Source: an uncultured Candidatus Saccharibacteria bacterium (GTDB lineage Bacteria > Patescibacteriota > Minisyncoccia > Phycocordibacterales > CAYSCM01). Taken from it: a stretch of 64,000 bases of DNA. Below, one piece after another: positions 8,597 to 18,270 of the stretch. The notes beneath the pieces are model-generated. The model saw only the letters and a program-made list of their open reading frames with translations, was not told the origin of the DNA and did no database searches. Location of the stretch: contig CAYSCM010000001.1 in assembly GCA_964429815.1 (NCBI GenBank), positions 32,001 to 96,000 of the forward strand. Reading direction: 5' to 3'. The position numbers were made by a program, and so were the translations under genes. Positions within the stretch are counted from its first letter, which is position 1. Every line of letters begins with the position of its first letter.

Positions 8597-10366
8597 TTAT
8601 TTTTTTTCGGGAAGAAGCTTAACCATCATGTTGTCATTGAACTCTTTTCTTGCAAGTAGCGGCTCGGGATCCTCGAGCGGCCGACCGAACTTTACCTGCG
8701 GGATTACGCGGTGCTTCGGGTTAATCTCGATGTTACAAAACACAGGCCCCCTCATCGCGAGCACCTTCTTAACTCCCCCGCTCAACTCGCGGTTCTTCTT
8801 GATCGTAATGGTTTTGAAGCCAAAGGAGGAAGCAATTTTGGCAAAGTCTGGGAACGCAAGTCCTCCCCCTTCCGAAGACGCAAGATACGCCGAATTAAAC
8901 CACTGATCTTGAGTCTGCTGTATCATACTGTAGCCGTGGTTATTCAATACAAAAATCTTGATCGGAAGTTTGTGCTTGAGAAGGGTACTTAACTCTTGCA
9001 AATTCATTTGGAGTGAACCATCTCCGGTTACACAAATAATTGATTTCTTGTTAAGCGCCAGGCTTACCCCAATGCTCGCCGGCAAAGCCCACCCCATCGC
9101 GGTGTTGTTCCAATCGTGGTAAAGACGCTGACCTTTCTTGAAGGAAAATCCCTGCATCATCCATGCGACCGTGCAGCCGGTATCAATGACCATTACTTCG
9201 TTCTGACGCGTGTAGCGAGAGAGCTCCTCAACAAATACATACGGATTGACCCCTTTCTCTTTGTAGTACGCGGGTGGGCACATGGGATATTTTTTCTTCC
9301 ATGCGGCAATACGTCTAAGCCAGGGTGAGATGTCGTTTTTTGGCAAACGTGCGGCGTGCTTTTGAAATGCCTTCAGCAGCTCTTTTGCGTCACCGGAGAT
9401 ACGCACATCGACTTTCAGGCCAAATTTTTTAAACTTCTTAAGTTCGTAGGGGTCAATATCGATGACTATCTTTTTTGCCTCTCGCGCAAACGTGTTGGGA
9501 GGACTACCCGTCGATTTGGTATCAAGACGGCTTCCGATTGAGAGGATCATGTCAGCGTTCTGGACGGCAAAATTGGCAAACCGCGTGCCGTGAGTGCCAA
9601 AGGTGCCGATGCGAAGTGGATGACTCTCTGGCAGGAGATCCCCTGCCCCCCATGTGAGTGCCGCAGGAAAGCCGAGTGTTTCCAAAAGTGAGATGGCCTC
9701 TTTTTCGGCCCCCGCGAGGTGGATTCCCCACCCAAACACAACGACGGGGCGCTTCGCCTGCCGTAGATAGTTTATGCTTCGAGCTACATCAACCGGCGCT
9801 TTCTTCTTCTCGACGGAGGGTGTAAACGAGGGAAGCTCTCCTGGATTAATTTCTCTGCGCTGAATGTCGTCGGGAATATCGAGCACTACGGGTCCTGGCC
9901 TACCACTTCGCGCCAGAAAGATCGCTTTCTCAAGCTCGTAGCGTATGCGCCTCTCATCGGTGATGAGTATCGCGTACTTAGTGATAGGACGATACATTTC
10001 GACCGTTGCCGTTTCTTGAAAACCCACTTGCCGCACGTTGGTATGACCTTTCATCCTAAAGGTGGCTACTTGGCCGGTAATAAATATGACGGGTACCGAA
10101 TCGTAGTAGGCGGAGCACACTCCCGTGATCATGTTCGTAGCACCTGGCCCTGAGGTGGACATCGCTACACCGAGGCCACCCGTGGCCCTCGCGTACCCGT
10201 CGGCAGCCATTGCCCCCGCTTGCTCGTGTCCTGGACAGATGACCTCCATTCCCCCCGTGCGCGCCACCGAATGAATAAGGTGAAGGGATGCTCCGCCGGA
10301 GATGGCAAAGACATGCTTCACCCCTTCTTTGCGGAGAACCTGTGCTACGTAGTCGGTGAGCTTCAT
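8597..10366 (-). CDS. thiamine-diphosphate enzyme of the acetolactate-synthase large-subunit family
   Basis: 589 aa with three-domain ALS architecture: N-terminal GVKHVFAISGGASL and C-terminal GDGSLQMNLQELST ThDP motif. Confidence 0.8.
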   Translation of the reverse strand: MKLTDYVAQVLRKEGVKHVFAISGGASLHLIHSVARTGGMEVICPGHEQAGAMAADGYARATGGLGVAMSTSGPGATNMITGVCSAYYDSVPVIFITGQVATFRMKGHTNVRQVGFQETATVEMYRPITKYAILITDERRIRYELEKAIFLARSGRPGPVVLDIPDDIQRREINPGELPSFTPSVEKKKAPVDVARSINYLRQAKRPVVVFGWGIHLAGAEKEAISLLETLGFPAALTWGAGDLLPESHPLRIGTFGTHGTRFANFAVQNADMILSIGSRLDTKSTGSPPNTFAREAKKIVIDIDPYELKKFKKFGLKVDVRISGDAKELLKAFQKHAARLPKNDISPWLRRIAAWKKKYPMCPPAYYKEKGVNPYVFVEELSRYTRQNEVMVIDTGCTVAWMMQGFSFKKGQRLYHDWNNTAMGWALPASIGVSLALNKKSIICVTGDGSLQMNLQELSTLLKHKLPIKIFVLNNHGYSMIQQTQDQWFNSAYLASSEGGGLAFPDFAKIASSFGFKTITIKKNRELSGGVKKVLAMRGPVFCNIEINPKHRVIPQVKFGRPLEDPEPLLARKEFNDNMMVKLLPEKK

Positions 10367-10370
10367 GGCG

Positions 10371-11228
10371 CTACCAGGGCATCTGCTCCTTAACGCTTAT
10401 AAAGAGTGTCCCGTCACGGTAGCTCTCGGGCATATCGCCGGCTTTTGTGACAAGTCCCCACCCTATCTTCTGCGAGAACAAATTGACGCCGGAGCCTGTA
10501 AAGTGCTTGAAAATGTGCTTGGCATTCTCCGCGGTCCCAACCTCGACCAGGCCGTCACAGCTCTCCCAATCGGAAGCTTCGGTCGAGAGGAGTACTTCCT
10601 TCTCGTGCCCTTCGACGTCCATTTTGATGAGATCAGCGCCGGCGAGAATCGGCCCGAACGCTTCGAGCTCCACGGAGAACATTTCCCGATCCCCGTAGAC
10701 GTCGTGCTTTGCTCCCGAGAGGTGACTCCCCGTAGTGTTGCCGAGCACTCGGGTAAAATCTGCTGAACCCGAGCGACTTGAGACGGCGCTGTTGTGAAGG
10801 CTGGCAGAATTACATCCGTTACGCGCAAGATTTTTTTTGAGGATATCGAAATGAACCGGATCGGGCTCGTAGGAGGAAACCTTAAAACCACAACGACAAA
10901 GGATAATCGAGTGAAGTCCAATATTTGCTCCGAGGTCTACAACGCTCGTATAGCGATTGCGATTGCGCCAGTAAAAACTGAAAATAACGAGTTCATTGAG
11001 GTCAAAGAGATTCCGCGAATCGACATTACCCATGTTGTGGTATGGAAACGAGATATCTCCAAATGGCGGAAAGTGGACCGACTCTTTTGAATCAACGGGA
11101 AAGAGCCTCTCCACTTCCTTCCGAGCTTTGGCGGCACGTTCTTTGAATGGCGCGCTTGTCGGAGTATGAGAGGGTAATTCCTGCGGGAGCGTGGCAAAGA
11201 TATTCTCCAAAAAAGCCGAGGATTCCAT
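10371..11228 (-). CDS. FkbM-family methyltransferase
   Basis: VVDLGANIGLHSIIL...YEPDPVHFDILKKNL is typical of FkbM. Confidence 0.7.
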   Translation of the reverse strand: MESSAFLENIFATLPQELPSHTPTSAPFKERAAKARKEVERLFPVDSKESVHFPPFGDISFPYHNMGNVDSRNLFDLNELVIFSFYWRNRNRYTSVVDLGANIGLHSIILCRCGFKVSSYEPDPVHFDILKKNLARNGCNSASLHNSAVSSRSGSADFTRVLGNTTGSHLSGAKHDVYGDREMFSVELEAFGPILAGADLIKMDVEGHEKEVLLSTEASDWESCDGLVEVGTAENAKHIFKHFTGSGVNLFSQKIGWGLVTKAGDMPESYRDGTLFISVKEQMPW

Positions 11229-11244
11229 GACGGGAGATACCCTA

Positions 11245-12042
11245 TCAGATTTTTCGTAATTTTAATAGCTCGGGGTCACGCGCGAGCGTTTTTGAAAAGC
11301 GCGCGCTCCCCCACGCGTCATAGACAACGTGTACATCTCTTCCCCCGACTACCTTTTTTGCTGACCCAATGACCCAGTCGAGACAGTCGAGAACTCGCTC
11401 CATGGGTATAAAGTCCCCGCGCGCTAGCTTTTTCCTTGTTCGAGCATACGTATCGCCCGCGCGCCTGCCGGCGGTGATAGTCTCCTGATGGATTTTGCTG
11501 CGCACCCAACCGGGGCCTATGGTGACGAAGCGAGCATCGTTCAGCTCCGCGTCGAGGATTTCAAACATTTTTATGGTCGCTATCTTTGAAACGGTATACG
11601 CCGAGAAATTGCGTGGTGCGTTGTTCGTCCCCCCACCAGAAAATGAAATTATGCAGGGTTTTTTGGATTTCGAACGTCTGGGCAGAAGTCCGTGGATGAT
11701 GCCCATGTGAGAAAGAAAATTGAGGCGAATTGATTTTTCCCAGTCTCCGAAAGAAACGCGTTGAAAAGCTCCTATGGGCGTAAGGGTCGCCGGAGCCAGT
11801 ACAAGAACGTCCCAGGCCACCGCGAGGCTCCGCAACGTACGTAGCGCCCTATGTACAGAGGCAGGTCGAGCGACGTCACAGTGTATAAGGTGTGCGCCAA
11901 GTTTTTGCAATCCTTCTGTGGTGTGGCTGCCGGTTCTATACGTGCCGAAAACCGCCCAGCCGCGGTTTAAGTATCTTCGAGCTATGGCGGTGCCGATATC
12001 GCTTGAAATGCCGACGATGATTATTGAGCCAGTTTTTTTCAT
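11245..12042 (-). CDS. short-chain dehydrogenase/reductase (SDR)
   Basis: GISSDIGTAIARRYL NAD(P)-binding motif and YTVSK catalytic motif. Confidence 0.75.
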   Translation of the reverse strand: MKKTGSIIIVGISSDIGTAIARRYLNRGWAVFGTYRTGSHTTEGLQKLGAHLIHCDVARPASVHRALRTLRSLAVAWDVLVLAPATLTPIGAFQRVSFGDWEKSIRLNFLSHMGIIHGLLPRRSKSKKPCIISFSGGGTNNAPRNFSAYTVSKIATIKMFEILDAELNDARFVTIGPGWVRSKIHQETITAGRRAGDTYARTRKKLARGDFIPMERVLDCLDWVIGSAKKVVGGRDVHVVYDAWGSARFSKTLARDPELLKLRKI

Positions 12043-12215
12043 GACGCGCTCTTTTGGTTGATGACGCTCGCGTTTTTCACGAATATGCCTATACTACACT
12101 ACTGCGCCACCGCAGGTTTCCAACCTACAAAACGCAGTGGAAAAGAAAAATTAATGGGTACGGTGAATTACAACGGGTCGAAACTTGACCCGTCTCTGGT
12201 AGAGTTGTACAGAAC

Positions 12216-13496
12216 ATGCGCCAAAAATTGAGCACCCTTGTCGAAAAACTGACGGTCGCGACCGGCATAAACTTTTCCTACCTCCTGCGCGGAGGGTCCT
12301 GGGCGTTTTCCGAGCAGGTGGTTACCAACGCCATCTCCCTCCTCCAGGCCATCGCGTTTGCCAACCTTATCTCTCCGCAGACGTATGGAGTGTTTAGTGT
12401 CGTGCAATCGTGGATAGGCATTCTCGTTACGTTCGCGCTCGGGAGCCTTCCAAACGCGCTTATAAAAAGCGTTGCGGAAGGCAACGACGGGGAGCTCAAA
12501 CGCGGATTTCTCCTCAAGCTTAAGTATGCTCCCCTTGCCTCTCTGCTCGGGCTCGGATTCTCCTTCTACTATCTATTTATAGGGAACAATACGACCCTCG
12601 CTTACTCGTTTCTCATTGCTTCGTTTTGCATGCCGCTTTACGTAGCGCTTCCGCAGGTCACGTTCTTCCTGTTCGCCAAGGGAGCATTTCTCGATAAGTT
12701 CATCGTGCAAGTGAGCGTTAGTCTTGCTTCGCTGGCAGGAATGACTATTTCAATGCTCTATTTCGGTTCTGTTCCATACCTGATGCTCGCCTACTTCATT
12801 CCACCGATCATCGTGAACGGCATCTTTTTTTGGCGCACGCTGCGCACCAAGGTTCATAATGCCAAGACCGGCGCGAACACGGAGCGGTTTGCGCTCCACC
12901 TTACGGGCATGAGTCTTCTTGGTTCGATAACCAAAAACATCGACCAACTCCTCATGTTCCACTTCAGCGGCGCAGTTCAGCTCGCGGTATATAAATTTGC
13001 CTTGATTCCCATACGAAAGCTGGAGACCTTTTTCCAGATCATCCTCGATCTGCTCCTCCCGCGATTTGCCAAGAGAGAGTACCGCGAGATTTACCAGGGG
13101 TTCGACAGAAAGCTCCTCCTTTCAGGCGCTTTTTCGTTGACGGTCGTGGCTGTTTATTTTTTCAGCATCCCCTACCTCTACAAGCTCTTTTTCCCGAAAT
13201 ACACCGACGCGGTGATATACTCGCGACTCCTTTCCCTGCTGTTTTTGTTTGGCCCTCTCTCATACGTTCAGCAGCTTTGGCTTGCGAAGGCGGAAACTAA
13301 ACGTCTCTATTTTTTAAAAATTCTCGGTGATTCCACCCGGATCTCACTTCATGTCGCGCTTATTCCCGTATTTGGGATCGCCGGTGCAGTGGGAAGCCGG
13401 ATGGTCGCATCCTCCTTTGTCAGCACCGCGGCATTCATTTTATTTTTGAAGGATAGGAGACGGTACGGTAAAGGCTCGAAGCGCCAATCGCAGTAA
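12216..13496 (+). CDS. Wzx-like polysaccharide/oligosaccharide flippase (MOP superfamily)
   Basis: 426 aa, polytopic and hydrophobic throughout, in a glycan-locus context. Confidence 0.65.
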   Translation: MRQKLSTLVEKLTVATGINFSYLLRGGSWAFSEQVVTNAISLLQAIAFANLISPQTYGVFSVVQSWIGILVTFALGSLPNALIKSVAEGNDGELKRGFLLKLKYAPLASLLGLGFSFYYLFIGNNTTLAYSFLIASFCMPLYVALPQVTFFLFAKGAFLDKFIVQVSVSLASLAGMTISMLYFGSVPYLMLAYFIPPIIVNGIFFWRTLRTKVHNAKTGANTERFALHLTGMSLLGSITKNIDQLLMFHFSGAVQLAVYKFALIPIRKLETFFQIILDLLLPRFAKREYREIYQGFDRKLLLSGAFSLTVVAVYFFSIPYLYKLFFPKYTDAVIYSRLLSLLFLFGPLSYVQQLWLAKAETKRLYFLKILGDSTRISLHVALIPVFGIAGAVGSRMVASSFVSTAAFILFLKDRRRYGKGSKRQSQ

Positions 13497-13508
13497 AAAA
13501 CCTTACTA

Positions 13509-14732
13509 TCACGCGCTCCCGCGGGGAGCGAGGGTGTGCGGCCAGGTAAGTACGCCAAGATCTGCCTCCTCGATGTTCTCTTTCCATTTTCGCATATCCG
13601 AAACCGAGATAAGATGTGCAAATTCCTTTTTCAGGGTTTCGAGTGTTTCCTGTTCCCAGGAAACTTTCTGAAATGCTTGTCGTTGCCACGGAAACGAGTC
13701 ACCTTCCTTGAGCCAGCTGTAGTTGTTGGCGACGTCGGGCATCACGAAACTGGACGCAAAGTACGCTATATCATCCCGCAAAAAGGCCCACGAGAGAGGG
13801 CCACTCGAGACGCACAGGTAAAAGAGCGCGCGCTGTACTAGGGCTAGATCCTGCTCGCTGTTCGTCCCATAGTCTTTGGTAAAGATAACGTTTGGCCCGC
13901 GCAGCGCTTCATTGATCTCGGCTCCCCTGCCTAAAATAATGAAGGTGCACTCGGGATACTGCTTCGAACAGTACCTAAAAAATTCTCGCCAGACTTTCGG
14001 TTTAGCGTTTCGGTGCGAGGCAAAAAAGGGATTGCTGCGCAGGCTGACCGCTACGGCGTATCCAGGCGCATGTTTTTTGATAAATGCTCGTGCCCACGCA
14101 TCAGTGAGGGCGGGTATCTTCAGCTTCGGTAGAGATCCGTACCGCTCGTAGAATTCCTTGAAAAACAAGTAGCCACGACGGTAGGGAGAATTGCTATTTA
14201 CGTAGTCAAAAAGAGATGGGGTGAGGATATACTTTCCCCGGCGCTCAGCGAGAAAAGACTCGAATTCATCCCTGGAATCGAAAATGTGGACCGACCCCAA
14301 CTTTGGATTGGTACGCAAAACAGGAAAAATCTCAATGAAGTGGAGCGGGACATTTTCTTTGGTGATCCAACCCGCATATTTAGAATGTCGACTAGGTCTT
14401 TCTCTGTCGTATACAAAAGCGTAGTCGATCTTTTCAACTTCATGGATGTGGGCCTCGCATAGCGTCCTGATCTGGTGCTCGATCAGTATCCCAAATGAGA
14501 CATCGGTGGTGAGAAAATCATTAATGCCCAGAATCCTTCGATCATTTCGCTCGTGGCGACGCAGAACGTAGCGGGCATAGCGCATCGAACCAACAATGCC
14601 TCGACGATACCAACGTTCATACACGCGATACGTCAAAAAATTGACTGCGACATCAAAGGCGGGTACCAAAAAGGGGGGCAGCATTTTTCGAAAATGCACA
14701 ACCGCAGGTTTCTTGTTGAGTGCGCGCAACAT
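13509..14732 (-). CDS. hypothetical protein, possibly a GT9-like (heptosyltransferase-like) GT-B enzyme
   Basis: Long intact ORF inside the operon. The C-terminal half (AVAVSLRS...KVWREFFRYCSKQYPECTFIILGRGAE) only loosely recalls GT9; the function is a guess. Confidence 0.4.
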   Translation of the reverse strand: MLRALNKKPAVVHFRKMLPPFLVPAFDVAVNFLTYRVYERWYRRGIVGSMRYARYVLRRHERNDRRILGINDFLTTDVSFGILIEHQIRTLCEAHIHEVEKIDYAFVYDRERPSRHSKYAGWITKENVPLHFIEIFPVLRTNPKLGSVHIFDSRDEFESFLAERRGKYILTPSLFDYVNSNSPYRRGYLFFKEFYERYGSLPKLKIPALTDAWARAFIKKHAPGYAVAVSLRSNPFFASHRNAKPKVWREFFRYCSKQYPECTFIILGRGAEINEALRGPNVIFTKDYGTNSEQDLALVQRALFYLCVSSGPLSWAFLRDDIAYFASSFVMPDVANNYSWLKEGDSFPWQRQAFQKVSWEQETLETLKKEFAHLISVSDMRKWKENIEEADLGVLTWPHTLAPRGSA

Positions 14733-14733
14733 G

Positions 14734-15231
14734 TTAGCGTCGGTAGGTTGAATTTTTTTTGATTGCCGTAATGATATCGCGTGTGCTTAATTTTTTGTCT
14801 TTCGTAAAGGTAATCCTGCAACCCACCTTCTGAGCGCTTTGTATTTCCTCTGCGAAATCTTTATTCGGCGGGATACCGCGGTAATCGGGACCGCGCACAT
14901 ACAGGTCCGGCTTGAGAGCACGTATGAATCTTGATCCATTGTTAGCATCATTAATGAACACGAAATCAACCGGGCGAAGCTGCGAGAGCATGTAGGCCCG
15001 CATATGCTCGGTGAACACCGGGCGGCCGATACCTTTTTGTCTTCGTACCTGTTTATCACTTGCGATCGCAACCACGAGCACATCACAGAGGCGCTTTGCG
15101 GATTCAAAATGCATCGCATGCCCGGGGTGGAGCAGATCATAGTTGCCGTTACAAAAACCGATGATCTTCCCCTCCTTTTTACGTCGAGCAAGTATGGGAC
15201 GAAGCTGCTGAAAGGAGATGATGCGTGCCAT
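14734..15231 (-). CDS. cytidylyltransferase-fold nucleotidyltransferase (HldC/RfaE domain II or TagD-like)
   Basis: GFCNGNYDLLHPGHAMHFESAK carries the HxGH motif. Confidence 0.7.
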   Translation of the reverse strand: MARIISFQQLRPILARRKKEGKIIGFCNGNYDLLHPGHAMHFESAKRLCDVLVVAIASDKQVRRQKGIGRPVFTEHMRAYMLSQLRPVDFVFINDANNGSRFIRALKPDLYVRGPDYRGIPPNKDFAEEIQSAQKVGCRITFTKDKKLSTRDIITAIKKNSTYRR

Positions 15232-15233
15232 AG

Positions 15234-16238
15234 CTACGGCTGATGGATATACTCGCGTGGATACTTTTTAAGTACATCCCACGACTCAGTGAGCCAAGAG
15301 ATAACTTCCTCAACCCCTCGCTCGAGCGGAATGCGCGGTTTCCACCCAAGAGCCTTCGCGGTCCCTCCAAACGAAAGCGCATAGACCTTATCCTGTCCAG
15401 GACGACCTTCACTCACTTTGGCGACTTCATTGAAACGAACCCCCATCTTGCGACACACGAGCTCAACGACGCCTCGAATGGAGCTCTGAGTGTGTGTCGA
15501 AAAATGATACACGCCACCAGACTTCCCTTTCTGGATCACGAGCTCAATACCGCGACATACATCCTCGATGTGTATGAAGCTACGCTTGATGGTGCCCCCT
15601 TGGTGAAGCGAGAGTTTAGTACCAACAAGGACCGAGAGGACCGTTTTTGGGATTACTTTGAAGAGCTGCTGATGCGCTCCATAGACATTCGCCGAGCGCA
15701 CAAAGCACACCGGAAAACCCTTGGTCTTATGGAGCGCGATGAGGAAGAGATCCCCTGCTCCCTTTGAGGCGGCGTAGGGCGTCGTCGGATTAAAGTAGGT
15801 AAGCGTCTCGGGGCCGCTGTATGAACCGTAAATTTCCGGCGTCGATATTTGTATGTACTTTTTTAAATAGGCCGTGTCTTTGAGGTGATCCGCGAGAGCA
15901 ACAATACCCAAGCAGTTGGTTCTAAACCAATCAAGCGGTTTTTTCCAACTAGCCTCAACGATGCCTTGGGCCGCGAAATTCACGACTATGTCAGGACGCT
16001 CGCTATCAAGGAGAGCGGCAAGTTTTTTTACATCTTTGTTTACGTCGAGCTTATGGAAACGATAGCGGCGCGCGGAGGGTTTTTTCCCTTTGTAGAGGTA
16101 GGGCAAAAATTCAGGCTCCTTCTCAGATGAGCGACTAATACCGATGACTATGTAATTTGTTTTCCGAAGCAGGTAATCGACGAGGTGTCCTCCCGAAAAA
16201 GAATTACTCCCGATGATAGCTATTTTTTTCAGAGCCAT
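15234..16238 (-). CDS. NAD-dependent epimerase/dehydratase (NDP-sugar 4,6-dehydratase-like)
   Basis: IAIIGSNSFSGGHLVDYLL and YAASKGAGD motifs. Confidence 0.8.
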   Translation of the reverse strand: MALKKIAIIGSNSFSGGHLVDYLLRKTNYIVIGISRSSEKEPEFLPYLYKGKKPSARRYRFHKLDVNKDVKKLAALLDSERPDIVVNFAAQGIVEASWKKPLDWFRTNCLGIVALADHLKDTAYLKKYIQISTPEIYGSYSGPETLTYFNPTTPYAASKGAGDLFLIALHKTKGFPVCFVRSANVYGAHQQLFKVIPKTVLSVLVGTKLSLHQGGTIKRSFIHIEDVCRGIELVIQKGKSGGVYHFSTHTQSSIRGVVELVCRKMGVRFNEVAKVSEGRPGQDKVYALSFGGTAKALGWKPRIPLERGVEEVISWLTESWDVLKKYPREYIHQP

Positions 16239-16249
16239 GTGAGCAAAGT

Positions 16250-17317
16250 TTAAAACGGACCGGTAAAACGCTTATCGGGCACATCGAGCGGCGTCGTGCG
16301 TTTCTTCTCTTCCGCTGCGACGAGCGACTCTAATTTTTTTGTATCCCCCTCAACCATAGAGACCACCATTCTGGCCATATCGATATAGCGCGGGTAGTAC
16401 TCATTGGCAAGCGCAGGCGTTGATGGGCTTGGCAGATCCGGCGCGGTAAGCCGGCGAGGGTTGGTCCGTAGACTGATTGTCGAATCCTCCGCGACTTGTG
16501 TGATTATCTCTCCCGCGACCCCGAAGCTGCGATGCCCGAGATCGGCCACAAGCAGCCGTCCTGTTTTTTTGACTGAGCGTGCTATTGTCTCGGTATCAAG
16601 AGGTTTAAGACTTCGCACATCGACGACCTCGGCGCTCACGCCAACCTTTTGGAGTAACTCCTGCGCACGCAGAGCCTCGTAGGTGAAGTAGGACGTTGTT
16701 ACAAGGGAAACATCGCTTCCCCGGCGCATTATACGAGCCTTGCCGATGGGCACCCTATAGTGACCCTCGGGAACATCTTCAGCAAGATCATGGAGCCATC
16801 GATGATCGATATATATGACCGGATTATCGTCCTCAATCGCGGCGAGCATCAGTCCCTTGGCATCGGAGGGGGTCGCGGGCATCACTACCTTGAGCCCGGG
16901 GATGTGCGCATAGAGGGCTTGGAGATTTTGTGAATGCTGCGGGCCCTGCCCCCATCCCATGCCGATGGTCATTTTCACCGTAAGGGGTACCGATTGCGCT
17001 CCGTTGTACATGTACGACCATTTCGCCGCATTGTTGATCACCTGCTCGATCGCAAGAAGGCTGAAGTCAACTCTCTGGTGCGTTAGGACTGGGCGCATCC
17101 CATTTACCGCCGCACCGATGCAGATCCCGGTTACCGCGAGCTCAGAAGTTGGCATATCAAGTACTCGTTTTGCGCCATGTTTTTTCTGAAGTCCCGTCGT
17201 CGTGCCAAAAATTCCCTTTGGATCAGGGACACCCAATCCTATAAGGAACACCGACTTGTCTTTAGCCAGAGCAAGATCAAATGCTTCTCGTATTGCTTGC
17301 GAATATGTTTTACGCAT
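16250..17317 (-). CDS. 2-oxoacid dehydrogenase E1 component, beta subunit-like (transketolase-like)
   Basis: Pyrimidine-binding and C-terminal transketolase domains (IGLGVPDPKGIFGTT...). Start MRKTYSQAIREAF overlaps the alpha-subunit stop by 8 nt. Confidence 0.8.
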   Translation of the reverse strand: MRKTYSQAIREAFDLALAKDKSVFLIGLGVPDPKGIFGTTTGLQKKHGAKRVLDMPTSELAVTGICIGAAVNGMRPVLTHQRVDFSLLAIEQVINNAAKWSYMYNGAQSVPLTVKMTIGMGWGQGPQHSQNLQALYAHIPGLKVVMPATPSDAKGLMLAAIEDDNPVIYIDHRWLHDLAEDVPEGHYRVPIGKARIMRRGSDVSLVTTSYFTYEALRAQELLQKVGVSAEVVDVRSLKPLDTETIARSVKKTGRLLVADLGHRSFGVAGEIITQVAEDSTISLRTNPRRLTAPDLPSPSTPALANEYYPRYIDMARMVVSMVEGDTKKLESLVAAEEKKRTTPLDVPDKRFTGPF

Positions 17318-18269
17318 AGAGGTGTTCGGCAAGAGCTTCCCTCTTTGGAAACGGGCTCTTTTCGGCAAAACGGAATGCTCCATCAACCTGTCGAATCGCA
17401 TCGTTTCGGATTTTTTCGATGAGGTCGCTAGAAAGCACCTCTTTCTTCAGGAGCTCACGCTCGAACATCGCGACAGGATCCTTCTTCTTCCACACGGCAA
17501 CCTCCTTCGGATCACGGTACCCAAGCTCGTCATCAAAATTTGGGCCGCAGTGCTCACGGTAGCGGTAGGTCGAAAATTCCAAAAAAACTGGACCCGAACG
17601 GACGGCTTTTCTGGCTTTTGTTGCGGCAGCGAGAACGGTCGAAACATCGTTACCATCGTGGCGCGACGCAGGAATGCCGTGCCCTTTGGCAAGCGCGTAG
17701 ATGGGGCGTTTAGGTTGGCGCTCAGAGAGATGTGTGTACACCGAGAAGCGGTTATCTTCGCACACAAATACAATGGGTAGTTTGTGGAGCGCCGCAAAAT
17801 TGAGACTTTCATGGAAAGCCCCCTCCTCGACGGTACCATCCCCAAAAAACGAAACGATGACGCGGTTTTCCTTCCGGAGCTTCGCTGCAAACGCCGCTCC
17901 CGTTGCAATCGGAATGCTGTTGCCGACGATGGGTGTGGCCCCGCCAAAACCGGCCTTGAGATCAATGAGGTGCATGGAGCCGCCCTTGCCACCGCAGCAG
18001 CCCGTAGCTTTGCCATAGAGCTCAGCCATCATCGCATTGAGGTTGCCGCCTTTAGCGAGGTAATGAGCGTGACAGCGATGGGTACTATACACGAGATCCT
18101 CTGCCGTGAGCGCCGCGCACACCCCAACCGCAACGGCCTCTTGGCCGATCGAGAGGTGGACGGGACAGCGCATCTTTCCTTCGCTATAGCGACGAGCTAT
18201 CGTCTCTTCCGTCGTGCGTATGAGAATGAGCTTGCGGTAGAGCGATAGGAGTGCTTCATTTTTCTTCAT
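17310..18269 (-). CDS. 2-oxoacid dehydrogenase E1 component, alpha subunit-like (ThDP-binding)
   Basis: GKGGSMH and the ThDP motif region FFGDGTVEEGAFHESLNFA. Confidence 0.8.
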   Translation of the reverse strand: MKKNEALLSLYRKLILIRTTEETIARRYSEGKMRCPVHLSIGQEAVAVGVCAALTAEDLVYSTHRCHAHYLAKGGNLNAMMAELYGKATGCCGGKGGSMHLIDLKAGFGGATPIVGNSIPIATGAAFAAKLRKENRVIVSFFGDGTVEEGAFHESLNFAALHKLPIVFVCEDNRFSVYTHLSERQPKRPIYALAKGHGIPASRHDGNDVSTVLAAATKARKAVRSGPVFLEFSTYRYREHCGPNFDDELGYRDPKEVAVWKKKDPVAMFERELLKKEVLSSDLIEKIRNDAIRQVDGAFRFAEKSPFPKREALAEHLYA

Positions 18270-18270
18270 G

